Origin: a virus
Taxonomy: Duplodnaviria; Caudoviricetes
Length of the DNA: 50,150 bases
Direction: 5' to 3' (one strand)
IMG/VR virus record: IMGVR_UViG_3300025070_000055
Location: 1-50,150 of that record
Shown here: positions 35,988 to 46,266 of the stretch, in pieces
How the letters are laid out: every line of letters begins with the position of its first letter
Position numbering within the stretch: position 1 is the stretch's first letter
Notes under the pieces: generated by a model
Database searches by the model: none
Told to the model about the DNA's origin: nothing
What the model saw: the letters and a program-made list of their open reading frames with translations, nothing else
Program-made: the position numbers and the translations under genes

Positions 35988-35997
35988 GGAGTTTCTT

Positions 35998-36255
35998 ATG
36001 ATAAAAAAGACTAGCAGAAAAGACCGTGGCCTTGGTAAGTATGACGCACCATTGCGCTTTCAATATGATCAAGGTTACTCAGCCTTCAAACGTGGGAAAA
36101 CAATTAATCCCTTTCACAAAGATACAATGCAATGCAGAGAGTGGGAGAGGGGATTCAGTAAAGCCTACTTTGAACAACTAAAAAGAGTATTAAAGTATGA
36201 ACAAACTAAAGCAGGAAGCAGAGCAGTTTCTACAGGAGAAGTACAACATGTCTGA
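35998..36255 (+). CDS. Ribosome modulation factor (Rmf)-like protein
   Basis: YDQGYSAFKRG..NPF..REWERGF matches the Rmf pattern GY.A..G..PY..W..GW. Confidence 0.5.
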   Translation: MIKKTSRKDRGLGKYDAPLRFQYDQGYSAFKRGKTINPFHKDTMQCREWERGFSKAYFEQLKRVLKYEQTKAGSRAVSTGEVQHV

Positions 36256-36577
36256 TTTTAATTCGTATCAACGTAATGCATCTAAGACTGCTATCTATCC
36301 TGATCAACACAAGATCCTTTATCCTGCATTGGGTCTTGCTGGTGAGGCAGGTGAAGTAGCCAACAAAGTAAAGAAGCTTGTACGTGATGGGCCTGACAAA
36401 CGTCCTGAGACATGGCGAGAGGACATAGCCAGTGAGATAGGTGACGTACTGTGGTACTGTGCTGCACTTGCTACTGACCTCAACCTTACCTTGGGCATGA
36501 TAGCTGGTCAGAATGAAGCAAAGCTAAGTGCTAGGAAAACCGCTGGTACAATAGGTGGCAGTGGAGACACACGATAG
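36197..36577 (+). CDS. mazG: MazG-like nucleotide pyrophosphohydrolase
   Basis: LGLAGEAGEVANKVKK, EIGDVLWY, GSGDTR. Confidence 0.9.
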   Translation: MNKLKQEAEQFLQEKYNMSDFNSYQRNASKTAIYPDQHKILYPALGLAGEAGEVANKVKKLVRDGPDKRPETWREDIASEIGDVLWYCAALATDLNLTLGMIAGQNEAKLSARKTAGTIGGSGDTR

Positions 36578-36579
36578 AC

Positions 36580-36612
36580 AAAAATAAAGGGGGCTTAATC
36601 GCCCCCTCTTTT
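36580..36612. terminator. Bidirectional intrinsic terminator
   Basis: AAAAATAAAGGGGGC-TTAATC-GCCCCCTCTTTT between convergent arms. Confidence 0.9.
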
Positions 36613-39600
36613 ACATTGCATCATCCGATAATTCGATTAGTTGAAGTAGGTCTGGTAAGGATCGTGGATCAGGGTTCCTGCCATCATTGAGTTTCTTAAA
36701 CATAATTTGTGCGTACTGCCTATCATCATACGGAACACGTGATAGATCATCTACAGCAACAGCATAAGGGGATGCATAACCATCTGTAAGGAACTCCTGT
36801 TTAGCATCGGCTAACAAATCCTTAACATACTTACGTGCAATTTTATGTTGTTCACTCTTGGTGTCACCCATATCACTTGCTAAATCTTTAGATACTTCTG
36901 TTATAAGTGGTAATATAGCTGATAGATACTGGTTTTCTGCACGTTTCTCTGACGGTATTTTAGACCTGCTACCTAGCTCATACGTAGGATCTTCAAAGCC
37001 TATCTCTAATAGGTATTCTGTTATATCGTTATCTGCTTCTTTAATATTAAGACCAAGAAATAGTTTCTTTAGAGGATCATATCGTTTGATGTCACCTGTA
37101 TCAATAGCTACACGATTGGGTAAATTTTCTTCATAAGAAGGGGCTGCAAGACCACGTTGTATCAGTGATCTGCTAAACCCAGAACCGAAGGATGTACCCC
37201 AATCATCATTGAGCGTTGGTTCAGTAGCTGCATCTACATATACGTCACTCTTAATACCCGCAGCACGTTGACCTTCTACACCTTGAAACAGTGGCGTTAA
37301 AAAGGTGTTTACATACTGACCTACAGCACCACCAATTGCTTTGGCACGTCTGTTCTCATCTACAATATCTTCTGTATTAACAATTATATCACGTATTTCG
37401 TCTATCATTACGTTGCCTACACCAGTACGTGCAGACGTACCTAACCATGTTTCCGCAATGTGATCCATGTCAGAGCCATACCAAGTGTCCAATGTATCTT
37501 CATTGTAACGTTTGCTAAACTCAGCTACCCAACCTACTTGACGCATAGGGTATGTACCCGTTAAGTCTACCTGCTGATCCTCAAACTCCATTGATTCATA
37601 ACGCTCACCTGCATCATCAGATGTTCTGTATAAATACATACCTGTTATAGCGGCAATGCCAACGAGGTTACGAGTTATGTCTTGTCTGTCTCTTGGAGTC
37701 ATAACCCCACGAGCGTCTTTAAACATAGCTTTACGTGCAGCCATAATACCAATGCCACCCACATTCTGCGCCATGTACTCCATAGAGTTAAACATAAAGC
37801 GAGGAAAGGGAACAATAACAGTAAGACCAGATTTAGTAATAGTATCAGATATAACTTTGAAGGGGTAGAAGTCAGGCTGCTTGGCATATGTAACATCTAA
37901 TGCCTTTGTAGTAGCTTCGTCCATTATATCAATAAAAGATCTACCATTAGCACCCCGTAGTTCTGGTGCGTCATTTATTACGTCTTTAATTCTACCTTCA
38001 TCTAATGTTTTACGTAGGTCAATGCCCCACTCTGCATTAGTCAAACGTTCTACTTCACTAAAGAATGTAGTATGTCGTAGCATCATTTCTTGCCAACGGT
38101 TAGGCGTATTTAAAAATGCAACACCGTCTTCTAATTGTGATGCCATCTTATCTAAGCCTTGACCCACACGAGTAGTGGCCTGTCCTCTTCCAGTTAACTC
38201 TTGCAGTTCGGCAATGTTACTGCTTAGTCTATCAAAGTGTTGAGACAGTTCGGGTCTATCTAAAATATACTTAGTGTATTGTTCAGCAGTATTTTGATCT
38301 GCAAACATGTATTTCATCTGACGAAATGCGCCCGTATACGTTCCATCCCGCACAAAAGGCATAATGTTTTTTGTGGCACCTACTATGCCGCCTACCCTAT
38401 CGCCTTCTTGAGCAGCCCTTGCATATGTAATTAATGCCGTATCTAAAATATTACCCAGACCTTCTGCAGGCGCTCTTACAACACCTGACTGAAGGTTACG
38501 TGCAGCAGTAGCTAGTGACGATACCATTAAACCCCTACGTATATTTTCAGTACGTAGCACTGTGTTAGACCAGAACTTAGAAAGACCTTTTTGTGTGGCT
38601 TGATTAGCTTTCTCAGCTTGCCGTTCTTTAATGCCTTTAGGTTTGAAACGAGACATCTGACTTACTCTATTAAGTAAGCGTCCAGCTTGTGATGCTGACC
38701 CGACAACCCCTAACATATATTCTTCATAAGACATACCGTGTTTATTTAATATATTATATAAAGTCTCATTTGCTATTAAGTCTTCTGATACAGTTAATTC
38801 AAACAACTGATCTACTAGAGGTTTAGCACGTTTTAGTTCACCTTTACGTTTACCTTTGGCTACTTTTACTGTAGGTGTCTTTAGTAGATCGGGGAAAGCT
38901 TCTCGCAAGTCAGCAACCACACCAACTAATGCATCCAGTTTTTCGGGATTAAGCATGGGTATTGCTAATACATCTTCATCATTTATAGCTAGTTCATCTA
39001 ATGGATTTATTGACTTGTCAGCATTATTACCTTGGTACACATCATCAATGTAGTATTCTTTTAATTTAGCCTTACCTGCAGCACGAACTTTAGTAGGATC
39101 AATAGACAAATTACCTGCATCATTTTGCACAGATATATCTACATTGTTACGATCTTGAAAGTTAAGAATTAATTCATTTTTAATTTCAGTATTAGCTTTA
39201 GCTTTCTCTTTATTCTGTTTCTTTATCTGTTCACCAAGCTTACTTTCGTTAAGCATTGCGTCTTGCACACGATTATATTCACCACCATTGCCTACGGCTT
39301 TCCATGTCTTTGTGATACCACCTGCTATTGCACGTGCAAAAGGTATAGATGTAACAACATCAACACCCAGCCAACCAACGTCAGCTACTGCAGAGCCATA
39401 CTCACCTTTAGCTACGTGTTCTTGTATGCTTTCTAGGTGCACAGGTATTTCTGCTAAAGTTGTAACTGGATTAGCAATTTCGTCTGCGAATACTATGAGA
39501 TTTATTTCATCTATACTTAGACCACTATTAAGCAATCTATCTGTTAATCCACTGGTTATGTAGTTTTTACTATTTAAACGTGACTTTAATAAATCTCTAT

Positions 39601-40111
39601 TGGCCTCTTGTTTTGTTTCGTAAGCTTTAATATTAGCTAAACCAAACTGTGCTGACTGAGGTTTAGGAACCATTAATGCTCGTTGACCGCCTGTAATTTC
39701 ATCTTCTTTTTCTGCTTGTGCGACACGTTCATAATAAGTATTCCATTCATCTGTTATAACAGTAGCTCTAGTACCTTTTTCAGTCTCACGTTTATCTCTA
39801 CCTGCAGCAAACAAATCATCAATGCGTGTGTCTACATCTTCTTTAGACAATATATTAGGTTGATCTGTAGAAATAATAGGCTCTTCAACAGCAGGATCAA
39901 CTGACATGTCAAAGTCTTCGTCTGTTTCTACATCATCAAACAACGAAGAAGCACCACCCTCTTGCGAAGGCAGTGTTGTTTTTGGAGGAACATATGTAGG
40001 TTCATCTTCTAGGTCATTGAATAGTGAAGTAGGTTCTGCTTGTTCGGGTAATGTAGTTTCTGTAGTTACCTCTTCTTCTTCAATGTCGTTAAACAAAAAA
40101 GTATTTTCCAT
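36611..40111 (-). CDS. Large internal virion (ejection) protein
   Basis: 1166 aa, helical, acidic N-terminal LF.D.E repeats; last gene of late arm. Confidence 0.65.
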   Translation of the reverse strand: MENTFLFNDIEEEEVTTETTLPEQAEPTSLFNDLEDEPTYVPPKTTLPSQEGGASSLFDDVETDEDFDMSVDPAVEEPIISTDQPNILSKEDVDTRIDDLFAAGRDKRETEKGTRATVITDEWNTYYERVAQAEKEDEITGGQRALMVPKPQSAQFGLANIKAYETKQEANRDLLKSRLNSKNYITSGLTDRLLNSGLSIDEINLIVFADEIANPVTTLAEIPVHLESIQEHVAKGEYGSAVADVGWLGVDVVTSIPFARAIAGGITKTWKAVGNGGEYNRVQDAMLNESKLGEQIKKQNKEKAKANTEIKNELILNFQDRNNVDISVQNDAGNLSIDPTKVRAAGKAKLKEYYIDDVYQGNNADKSINPLDELAINDEDVLAIPMLNPEKLDALVGVVADLREAFPDLLKTPTVKVAKGKRKGELKRAKPLVDQLFELTVSEDLIANETLYNILNKHGMSYEEYMLGVVGSASQAGRLLNRVSQMSRFKPKGIKERQAEKANQATQKGLSKFWSNTVLRTENIRRGLMVSSLATAARNLQSGVVRAPAEGLGNILDTALITYARAAQEGDRVGGIVGATKNIMPFVRDGTYTGAFRQMKYMFADQNTAEQYTKYILDRPELSQHFDRLSSNIAELQELTGRGQATTRVGQGLDKMASQLEDGVAFLNTPNRWQEMMLRHTTFFSEVERLTNAEWGIDLRKTLDEGRIKDVINDAPELRGANGRSFIDIMDEATTKALDVTYAKQPDFYPFKVISDTITKSGLTVIVPFPRFMFNSMEYMAQNVGGIGIMAARKAMFKDARGVMTPRDRQDITRNLVGIAAITGMYLYRTSDDAGERYESMEFEDQQVDLTGTYPMRQVGWVAEFSKRYNEDTLDTWYGSDMDHIAETWLGTSARTGVGNVMIDEIRDIIVNTEDIVDENRRAKAIGGAVGQYVNTFLTPLFQGVEGQRAAGIKSDVYVDAATEPTLNDDWGTSFGSGFSRSLIQRGLAAPSYEENLPNRVAIDTGDIKRYDPLKKLFLGLNIKEADNDITEYLLEIGFEDPTYELGSRSKIPSEKRAENQYLSAILPLITEVSKDLASDMGDTKSEQHKIARKYVKDLLADAKQEFLTDGYASPYAVAVDDLSRVPYDDRQYAQIMFKKLNDGRNPDPRSLPDLLQLIELSDDAM

Positions 40112-41305
40112 TTAGATGTTACCTGCATCAATAAAATTACTATGTCTAGAATTTATATATATACCTGTATATACCTGCAACCGTGTAACAGGAATACCAT
40201 TTTCCATTACTGTTGTATAAACAATATCACCTATTTTGTATTTACCTTGTTGCGCATTTTGTTGTAACACATCTAGCTGTTGTCCGTTAGAACCTGTAGT
40301 AAATCTTTCAAAGGGTGCATCGGGATTTAAACGACGATCACCAGCGGCTATTGTTGATGGAGATGTATGTTGTTGCCGTGCATCTAATTGTATTTTCTTA
40401 ATAGCTTGGGTTACATTATCTCTAGTTAATGCGTGTAGTTGTGGACTCATAAATTGACCATCTTCACCAGTATTTAAGGTACGCATTTTAGTGTTTGCTT
40501 GTATAACAGCTACATTGTACTGAGGTACTTTGTTGCCTATTTTTTCTGCTAATCTACCTTCCATATCTACAGCAAAATCATTTTCTTCTAGTGCAATTTT
40601 CATCTGTGTTTTTTGCATGGCCTCTAGGCTAGATTTACTAAATGGGCTAGAGTCAGTATCTTCAGTCGCAAGTGCGGCATCTTTCTTTTTAATTTCTTTG
40701 AGTAGTTGTTCTGATAACTTTTTATTTTTATTACGGATATCCGAAGTTTTACCCGATAAAGATTTTTGAACAGCTACTGCATATGCGGCATCTAACGTTG
40801 CTTGCTCATCGTCGGCAGGAGCATTAATTTTTCCTAGATAATCTAAGTTAAGTAAACCTGAAGAAGGTTGAGTAGTTTGTTCTAAATCCATTACAGACGT
40901 TTTTATTTCAGGTACATCTTTTGTTGTTGATATTACCTCATCAGTAAAATCTGTAGTTTCTTGATCCGTAAGATCTGCCGCAGAACTCATATTAAGTAAC
41001 GGTGCAACGGCATAACCATTAGATGCAGCTACTTGTGCTTGAGAAAGTATTTCTTTACCTGCTCCCGTACCTTTACCCATAATATCTGCAACTTGCTTAT
41101 CGTCAAAATATACGCTAAGAGAACCTGCAAGTTCTTCTGCAATACGTTTTTCTTCATCACGTTTAGCTTGTTTAGCTAATCGTTGTCTAGTGGCAATACT
41201 TGTTGCTTCATCTTGTAACTTTTCTTGACGAGTACGTTCTTCATCTAAACGATCAGTAAGTTTACTGGCAAACCCTGCACCAAATCCTTGTAAACTAAAA
41301 GCCAT
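40112..41305 (-). CDS. Putative internal virion protein
   Basis: Gly-rich N-terminus FGAGFA then coiled coil; synteny. Confidence 0.6.
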   Translation of the reverse strand: MAFSLQGFGAGFASKLTDRLDEERTRQEKLQDEATSIATRQRLAKQAKRDEEKRIAEELAGSLSVYFDDKQVADIMGKGTGAGKEILSQAQVAASNGYAVAPLLNMSSAADLTDQETTDFTDEVISTTKDVPEIKTSVMDLEQTTQPSSGLLNLDYLGKINAPADDEQATLDAAYAVAVQKSLSGKTSDIRNKNKKLSEQLLKEIKKKDAALATEDTDSSPFSKSSLEAMQKTQMKIALEENDFAVDMEGRLAEKIGNKVPQYNVAVIQANTKMRTLNTGEDGQFMSPQLHALTRDNVTQAIKKIQLDARQQHTSPSTIAAGDRRLNPDAPFERFTTGSNGQQLDVLQQNAQQGKYKIGDIVYTTVMENGIPVTRLQVYTGIYINSRHSNFIDAGNI

Positions 41306-41820
41306 TATACTCTCCTTGCCATAAGACCACTAGGTTGTGGCGTATCTTCTTCCATTGCCTCTGGTTCTTCTGGCATTTCTTCACGATCATCTAATTCTTC
41401 TGGTAATCTTTCACGCATACGTTTCATTGCCAGTGCAATTTTAGTATCACTAATCTTGTCTTCATCAATAGGCTTATCCATACCTAGATTATATTCAATA
41501 CCAGCGTCATCACCAATGTATGCAAGCATCTCAATAATTACAGGCATAGCTAAGATACCTACATCAATGGTGTGTAACCCCTGCATAACGGCTATAGACT
41601 GCATAGAATCAGCCATAATGGTTAGAGGTATACCTAGCTCCATACTGTCCAGCAGTGATTCATATACATCGTCTGACACAAGGCGAGGAATGTAGAACTC
41701 AAGCGCCTGTTCAACAGTTGTATACTGTGGTGGATTTTGCCAAGGTCTACTACCAACTTCAGCAGTCATACCTTGTCCTGCAATAGGATAGTTTAATGTT
41801 TCTCTAGGAGTTTCTGCCAT
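41305..41820 (-). CDS. Hypothetical protein
   Basis: PIAGQGMT..RPWQNPPQY; C-terminal GLMARR. Confidence 0.7.
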   Translation of the reverse strand: MAETPRETLNYPIAGQGMTAEVGSRPWQNPPQYTTVEQALEFYIPRLVSDDVYESLLDSMELGIPLTIMADSMQSIAVMQGLHTIDVGILAMPVIIEMLAYIGDDAGIEYNLGMDKPIDEDKISDTKIALAMKRMRERLPEELDDREEMPEEPEAMEEDTPQPSGLMARRV

Positions 41821-42016
41821 CTGTCACTTGCTTTCTTGCTTTACGAATACGTGCAACATACTGTCGTACACGATCACGAGGTTCATTTAGTTCTTCTTTA
41901 GGTTTAGACATACCCATAGGAGACAGTAAGCCCATGCCTTTATTGGGTTTAGTTTCTAAAGTATCTTCTGTAATACCTAGATTTGTATACGCTTTATATG
42001 CTGGGTTAATGTCCAT
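41804..42016 (-). CDS. Hypothetical protein
   Basis: 70 aa; AGGA RBS; fills the gap. Confidence 0.6.
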   Translation of the reverse strand: MDINPAYKAYTNLGITEDTLETKPNKGMGLLSPMGMSKPKEELNEPRDRVRQYVARIRKARKQVTDGRNS

Positions 42017-42019
42017 AAC

Positions 42020-43945
42020 TTATCCTACTCCTAATGCACTTAAACCTCTACCAAGTAGTGTATCACCTCCAAGAGGAGTTGTAAACATAGTAGCCATAAG
42101 ACCACCCCATGATGCACTACTTTGATAGTCTGCCTTTAGTGCGGCAATGTCTGCATTTGCATCTATCTGTAATTTAACAGAAGCAAGATCTACAATACGT
42201 TGACGTTCATTTTCAGCACTATTCCATGCCCACTCCATACTGTCTTGATAGTACGACCACAAATCATTATATGCATTGTTGGAAATGTCTAATACACTTT
42301 GTGCATTAATTTCGTTAGCACGATTAATGGCAGCAGTATCTGCAGTAGCTACCTGTCTACGCCATTGTGCGTTGTTCTGATCAATAACTAATCTATTTTG
42401 TGCATTAAACTGATCACGTTGATTCATCATCTCTGCAGCAAATCTATTCATTACGTTAGACTCACCTGCATTAAACTGTGCTTGGGCATTAGCTTGTGCC
42501 GTATTAAATTGTGATGCTTGTGTTTGCAAGTTAGCAAAGAATTGATCAGTTTGATTTTGACTACTGGCATTAAACTGACGTGCTGCATTTTCAGCAGCTT
42601 GATCTGTAAATAATGATTGTACTTGCTGTTGAGCTTTAAACATTTCTGTTTGTTGCTGGTTAGATAAATTAGCCATGTCAGTTTGTAAGAATGTTTGTGC
42701 GTTCATTACAGCAGCTTGTTGCCTATTGTTTAAGTTAGCTATATCCATGTTAGCTAATGCAGCAGCTTCAGACATTACAAGAGCTTGACGATTACCTAAG
42801 TTAGCTAGATTCATTGTGTTAGCTGCACGAGAGTTTTCTAAAGCTACCTGTTGCTCTGCAGTAAAGTTCATATTAGCAATGTCGCTAATCTTACTTGCAT
42901 TAATTACACGAGCTTGAAAGGCTTGATCAAACTCTTGACCAATAAATGTTGCACGTTGTTCTGCCGCAAGCATAGCACGTTGCTGACGGTTTGACAAGTT
43001 CTGTGCCTCAAAAGATGCAATAACACTTGCGTCTGCTTGAGCTACAGGTATGGCACTTTCCATTGCTGCTTGTACAAGAGCTTGACCAGCAACACTACTT
43101 GCACCTAAACCACGTGCAGCCATAGTAGCTGTAACATTACGCATTGCACCAGCAGCCCATGCAGGTGTAGCACCACCCTCAAACTGTTGCATTAATGTCT
43201 CAAGTTGTCCTTGAACTGTAGCCTGTTTAGTTGGAGTGGCTTGCGCCGCCTGTACTTCTTCAGTAAACTTAGCAGCGGTAGCGGCGTTAGAAACAGAACT
43301 TACTAATTCACCTGCCTCTACCTTACGCTGTACAGGATTATCCATTAATACAGCTTTACCTTGAGCAGCTTCAAGCTCACTTACACTACTTGATGTAGCT
43401 TGTTGTGCGTCTACAATAGCTCTAGGATCTACTTCACCTTGTGCAGCAGTTGTTTGTGCAACAACACTAGCGACTTGGTCAGATGCTTTAGCCGCATCAA
43501 CTTTAGCGGCATCTGTATCTTCTGGCATAGCAGCTTGTGCAGTTGTTGTTGTCGTAATAGGCGTAGTTATATCACCTACAACCTGACCAGATGTAGGTTG
43601 AATAACCTGCTCTTGTGTAACTTCTGTACCAACTGGTTGTACAGTTGCGCCATAAGCCAATGCAGGATCTAATGCACGTTGAGCTTGTAATTCAGTAATC
43701 GACTCACCACTGTACTGAGGTGTCTGTGGTGGTGTAACAGATCCACCTTGTTGCATTTTAACAAGACCACCCTGTAACATTTGTACAGCTTTGTTTTGAT
43801 ACATATCCATCTGTTGTTTTTTATCAGGATTCTGATTAAGATAATCGTTAAAGCCAGACATGTCTCCCTGATACCCTAGAGTACCAGCTATACGCTGCAT
43901 GGCTTGTGGTTTAAATCCTTTGAATTGTATCATTGTGTTATCCAT
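42020..43945 (-). CDS. Gln/Ala/Asn-rich internal virion protein
   Basis: Repeated ANL.NRQQA and QFNA coiled-coil units; hydrophobic Gly-rich C-terminus. Confidence 0.7.
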   Translation of the reverse strand: MDNTMIQFKGFKPQAMQRIAGTLGYQGDMSGFNDYLNQNPDKKQQMDMYQNKAVQMLQGGLVKMQQGGSVTPPQTPQYSGESITELQAQRALDPALAYGATVQPVGTEVTQEQVIQPTSGQVVGDITTPITTTTTAQAAMPEDTDAAKVDAAKASDQVASVVAQTTAAQGEVDPRAIVDAQQATSSSVSELEAAQGKAVLMDNPVQRKVEAGELVSSVSNAATAAKFTEEVQAAQATPTKQATVQGQLETLMQQFEGGATPAWAAGAMRNVTATMAARGLGASSVAGQALVQAAMESAIPVAQADASVIASFEAQNLSNRQQRAMLAAEQRATFIGQEFDQAFQARVINASKISDIANMNFTAEQQVALENSRAANTMNLANLGNRQALVMSEAAALANMDIANLNNRQQAAVMNAQTFLQTDMANLSNQQQTEMFKAQQQVQSLFTDQAAENAARQFNASSQNQTDQFFANLQTQASQFNTAQANAQAQFNAGESNVMNRFAAEMMNQRDQFNAQNRLVIDQNNAQWRRQVATADTAAINRANEINAQSVLDISNNAYNDLWSYYQDSMEWAWNSAENERQRIVDLASVKLQIDANADIAALKADYQSSASWGGLMATMFTTPLGGDTLLGRGLSALGVG

Positions 43946-44405
43946 TTACTACTTCGTTAAGACCCCAGATCATGGCACCTGTACCACCTAAGAATAATAA
44001 TACTCCAATAGTCAGTGATATGCCCCAGAATAATTTGTCTCTTGCTTTAGCTTGTGCCTCTAGTGCTTCTTTTTGTCTTACCCTAGCAGCAGCTTGTTCC
44101 TTAACTACTAAGTCCCACATCCCTGGTGGTCCATACAGTCTACACACTTCACGAAGTTCGTTCTGTGCTTCTTTGTGCTTCATCTTAGCTTGGGCTATAG
44201 CAAAGCCTTCTTCTTCAGATGAGGTAAGTCTACCTAGTGGGCCTTTGTGTCTACCCTGTTCAGCTAAACCTATGTCAGCTTCTAGTTTTGCTAACTTACC
44301 AAAGTGAGGCAGTAAGTCTGCTACGTCACCACCAGCTTTAACTGCAGAGCTAACTGCACCAGCTATCTTAGTAACTGCACCTGCTAAAGCTAATACTTCT
44401 ATCAT
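43938..44405 (-). CDS. Membrane protein
   Basis: Hydrophobic N- and C-terminal segments. Confidence 0.65.
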   Translation of the reverse strand: MIEVLALAGAVTKIAGAVSSAVKAGGDVADLLPHFGKLAKLEADIGLAEQGRHKGPLGRLTSSEEEGFAIAQAKMKHKEAQNELREVCRLYGPPGMWDLVVKEQAAARVRQKEALEAQAKARDKLFWGISLTIGVLLFLGGTGAMIWGLNEVVNG

Positions 44406-44422
44406 TATGGCAAACCTTATTG

Positions 44423-44683
44423 TTATTCATTTGCCATCTTTTCTACTGATGATCTTATTGCTTTTATGTTTTCGTCTATACGTGCTAGTGATATTGCTTG
44501 GTTTTGTACGGACACTTCTATGCGTCCAATACGTTCCTCTAATACGATGATTTCTTCTCTGTTATTCTCTATGTCAGACATCATCATACTGACTGTCCAT
44601 ACGATAGCTGCTCCCTGAACAAGTAGGCCAAAGATCAGTGTAATCGGTACAGACTTGCTCAAGTGCCAGCTATCCTCAGACAT
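44423..44683 (-). CDS. TM plus coiled-coil protein
   Basis: WHLSKSVPITLIFGLLVQ then LARIDENIKAI. Confidence 0.65.
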   Translation of the reverse strand: MSEDSWHLSKSVPITLIFGLLVQGAAIVWTVSMMMSDIENNREEIIVLEERIGRIEVSVQNQAISLARIDENIKAIRSSVEKMANE

Positions 44684-44868
44684 CAGTCTGCCTCTGCAAT
44701 CGTTAGCTCGCCAGCCTCAACCTGCCGCATGATTTCAAAGTAGTGGCGATTGGCTAAGTCAAGGGGAACTGACATTTCAGTGCCGTCTATGGTGGCCTCT
44801 ATAGATACGTTAGTTGCCGTAATCTCGTCCCTGACATATGTAGCATGTGTGATGCTAAACTGATTCAT
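44683..44868 (-). CDS. Small tail-fibre-associated protein
   Basis: VPLDLANRHY..I..QV..G..IAEAD; ATGA coupling to upstream fibre gene. Confidence 0.6.
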   Translation of the reverse strand: MNQFSITHATYVRDEITATNVSIEATIDGTEMSVPLDLANRHYFEIMRQVEAGELTIAEAD

Positions 44869-45917
44869 AGCTCTGCGTCCCCAATAAACTCACCCCCCGT
44901 TAAATAAAAAATCTCATTAGCCGACATCCCATTTGTAGTTCTTACGGTAACACCCGTAACTTTAGAATTTTGATATGTTGGGTTGCCCCCGTATCCCGAA
45001 CCCGAGTTCCATGTTCCTGAGTGAGACATAGAAGGGGCGGCTCTCATATTAACGGGATGGCTCATCCAAGCGTAACCTGTTCCAGCCCCGCTATCTAACC
45101 TGCCTACGTTAAAATGAGTTATTGAGCTTGTTTTATAATAATACCTCTGGCACTTCGCCAATGTATCCCCGTAGCTTTCATGCGGGAAGTCGATAGCGCT
45201 GTCGCCAACGTTCAGGCAGACGCCTGTGAGGTAGAAGGCATCATTGTTAGACGCTACACTATTGACCTGACCTACCGCACGATTTGCTGCGGTATAAGAA
45301 CCCCAAGCTGTTTGCAAAGTTCCAGAAGTAAAATTAGAACCAGCACCTATCCACCACTGAGCAGTCAGACCGCTTCCATTGTCATTGTTAATAGTGCCAG
45401 AAACATCACCGTCTATTGTGATAATTTTCTTTTCCCATGTATTGCTTGTAGATATTGTGTAGGCTGTTGATATTGTGCGGTTGCTGTCATCACCATAAAG
45501 TTCAAAGATATAAGTTCCTGTAACTGTTGCTTTAACCCAGAAAGAAACAGTTACAGTAACAGCATTAGAAGAGCCGTACATAAGGTGTTGTAAATTTTGA
45601 GCCTCAATAGAAGTAGCAATTTTAGCGCTGGCGGCAGCCGTAGGTGAAGAAAATCCTGTTGGGGCAAGTGCCTTAAATGACTTGTCAAAACCAGAGCCGC
45701 TAGGCGCATCTGATACTTGCTCCAACGTAAAGCTACCGCCCATAGTTCCACTTAGTTGAAAGCGATCTACAGTTTGATAACCGCCAGAGGCATTGGTAAA
45801 AGGTCCAGCCCCCCGCTGTGCCACGGTCATACCGCCGTTCACCACCATGTTGGAGCCAGTTATAGACCCATCGTCAACCTGATTGCCAAGATCGGCTAGT
45901 TGCCTTGCCTTGCTCAT
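44865..45917 (-). CDS. Tail fibre / receptor-binding protein with carbohydrate-binding-like domain
   Basis: MSKARQLADL, NMVVNGGMTVAQRG, TVSFWVKA, NTWEKK, LAKCQRYY. Confidence 0.7.
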   Translation of the reverse strand: MSKARQLADLGNQVDDGSITGSNMVVNGGMTVAQRGAGPFTNASGGYQTVDRFQLSGTMGGSFTLEQVSDAPSGSGFDKSFKALAPTGFSSPTAAASAKIATSIEAQNLQHLMYGSSNAVTVTVSFWVKATVTGTYIFELYGDDSNRTISTAYTISTSNTWEKKIITIDGDVSGTINNDNGSGLTAQWWIGAGSNFTSGTLQTAWGSYTAANRAVGQVNSVASNNDAFYLTGVCLNVGDSAIDFPHESYGDTLAKCQRYYYKTSSITHFNVGRLDSGAGTGYAWMSHPVNMRAAPSMSHSGTWNSGSGYGGNPTYQNSKVTGVTVRTTNGMSANEIFYLTGGEFIGDAEL

Positions 45918-45918
45918 G

Positions 45919-46266
45919 TTATTCTCCCAACAGGGTAGCCAAATCCAATGCCTTCAGCGCATCAGGGTCTGCCGCAGCATCAATGCGAGCATCGTCTGTG
46001 ATGTCACGCAGCGTTGCCTTCTGTGCAGCAATAGCATCTGCGCCAGTGCCAGCCTCCAGAGCCTTCATGTACTGCACATCTAGGTCAGCCAAGCGAGGCG
46101 CACGTTCTGCCCGTAGGTTATCCTTGTGGATGGCCTTAGCCGCTGTCATGTCTACTTCGACAACTGCTTCATTAAATGTCCACGCACCACGAAAGGTACG
46201 ATCTGTTGGTACTGTAAGAGATGATGCCTCACGGACATCACCGTTGATATTGATGTAAGTGGTCAT
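45919..46266 (-). CDS. Tail fibre assembly-like protein
   Basis: PTDRTFRGAW, LRAERAPRLADLD, KATLRDIT. Confidence 0.65.
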   Translation of the reverse strand: MTTYININGDVREASSLTVPTDRTFRGAWTFNEAVVEVDMTAAKAIHKDNLRAERAPRLADLDVQYMKALEAGTGADAIAAQKATLRDITDDARIDAAADPDALKALDLATLLGE

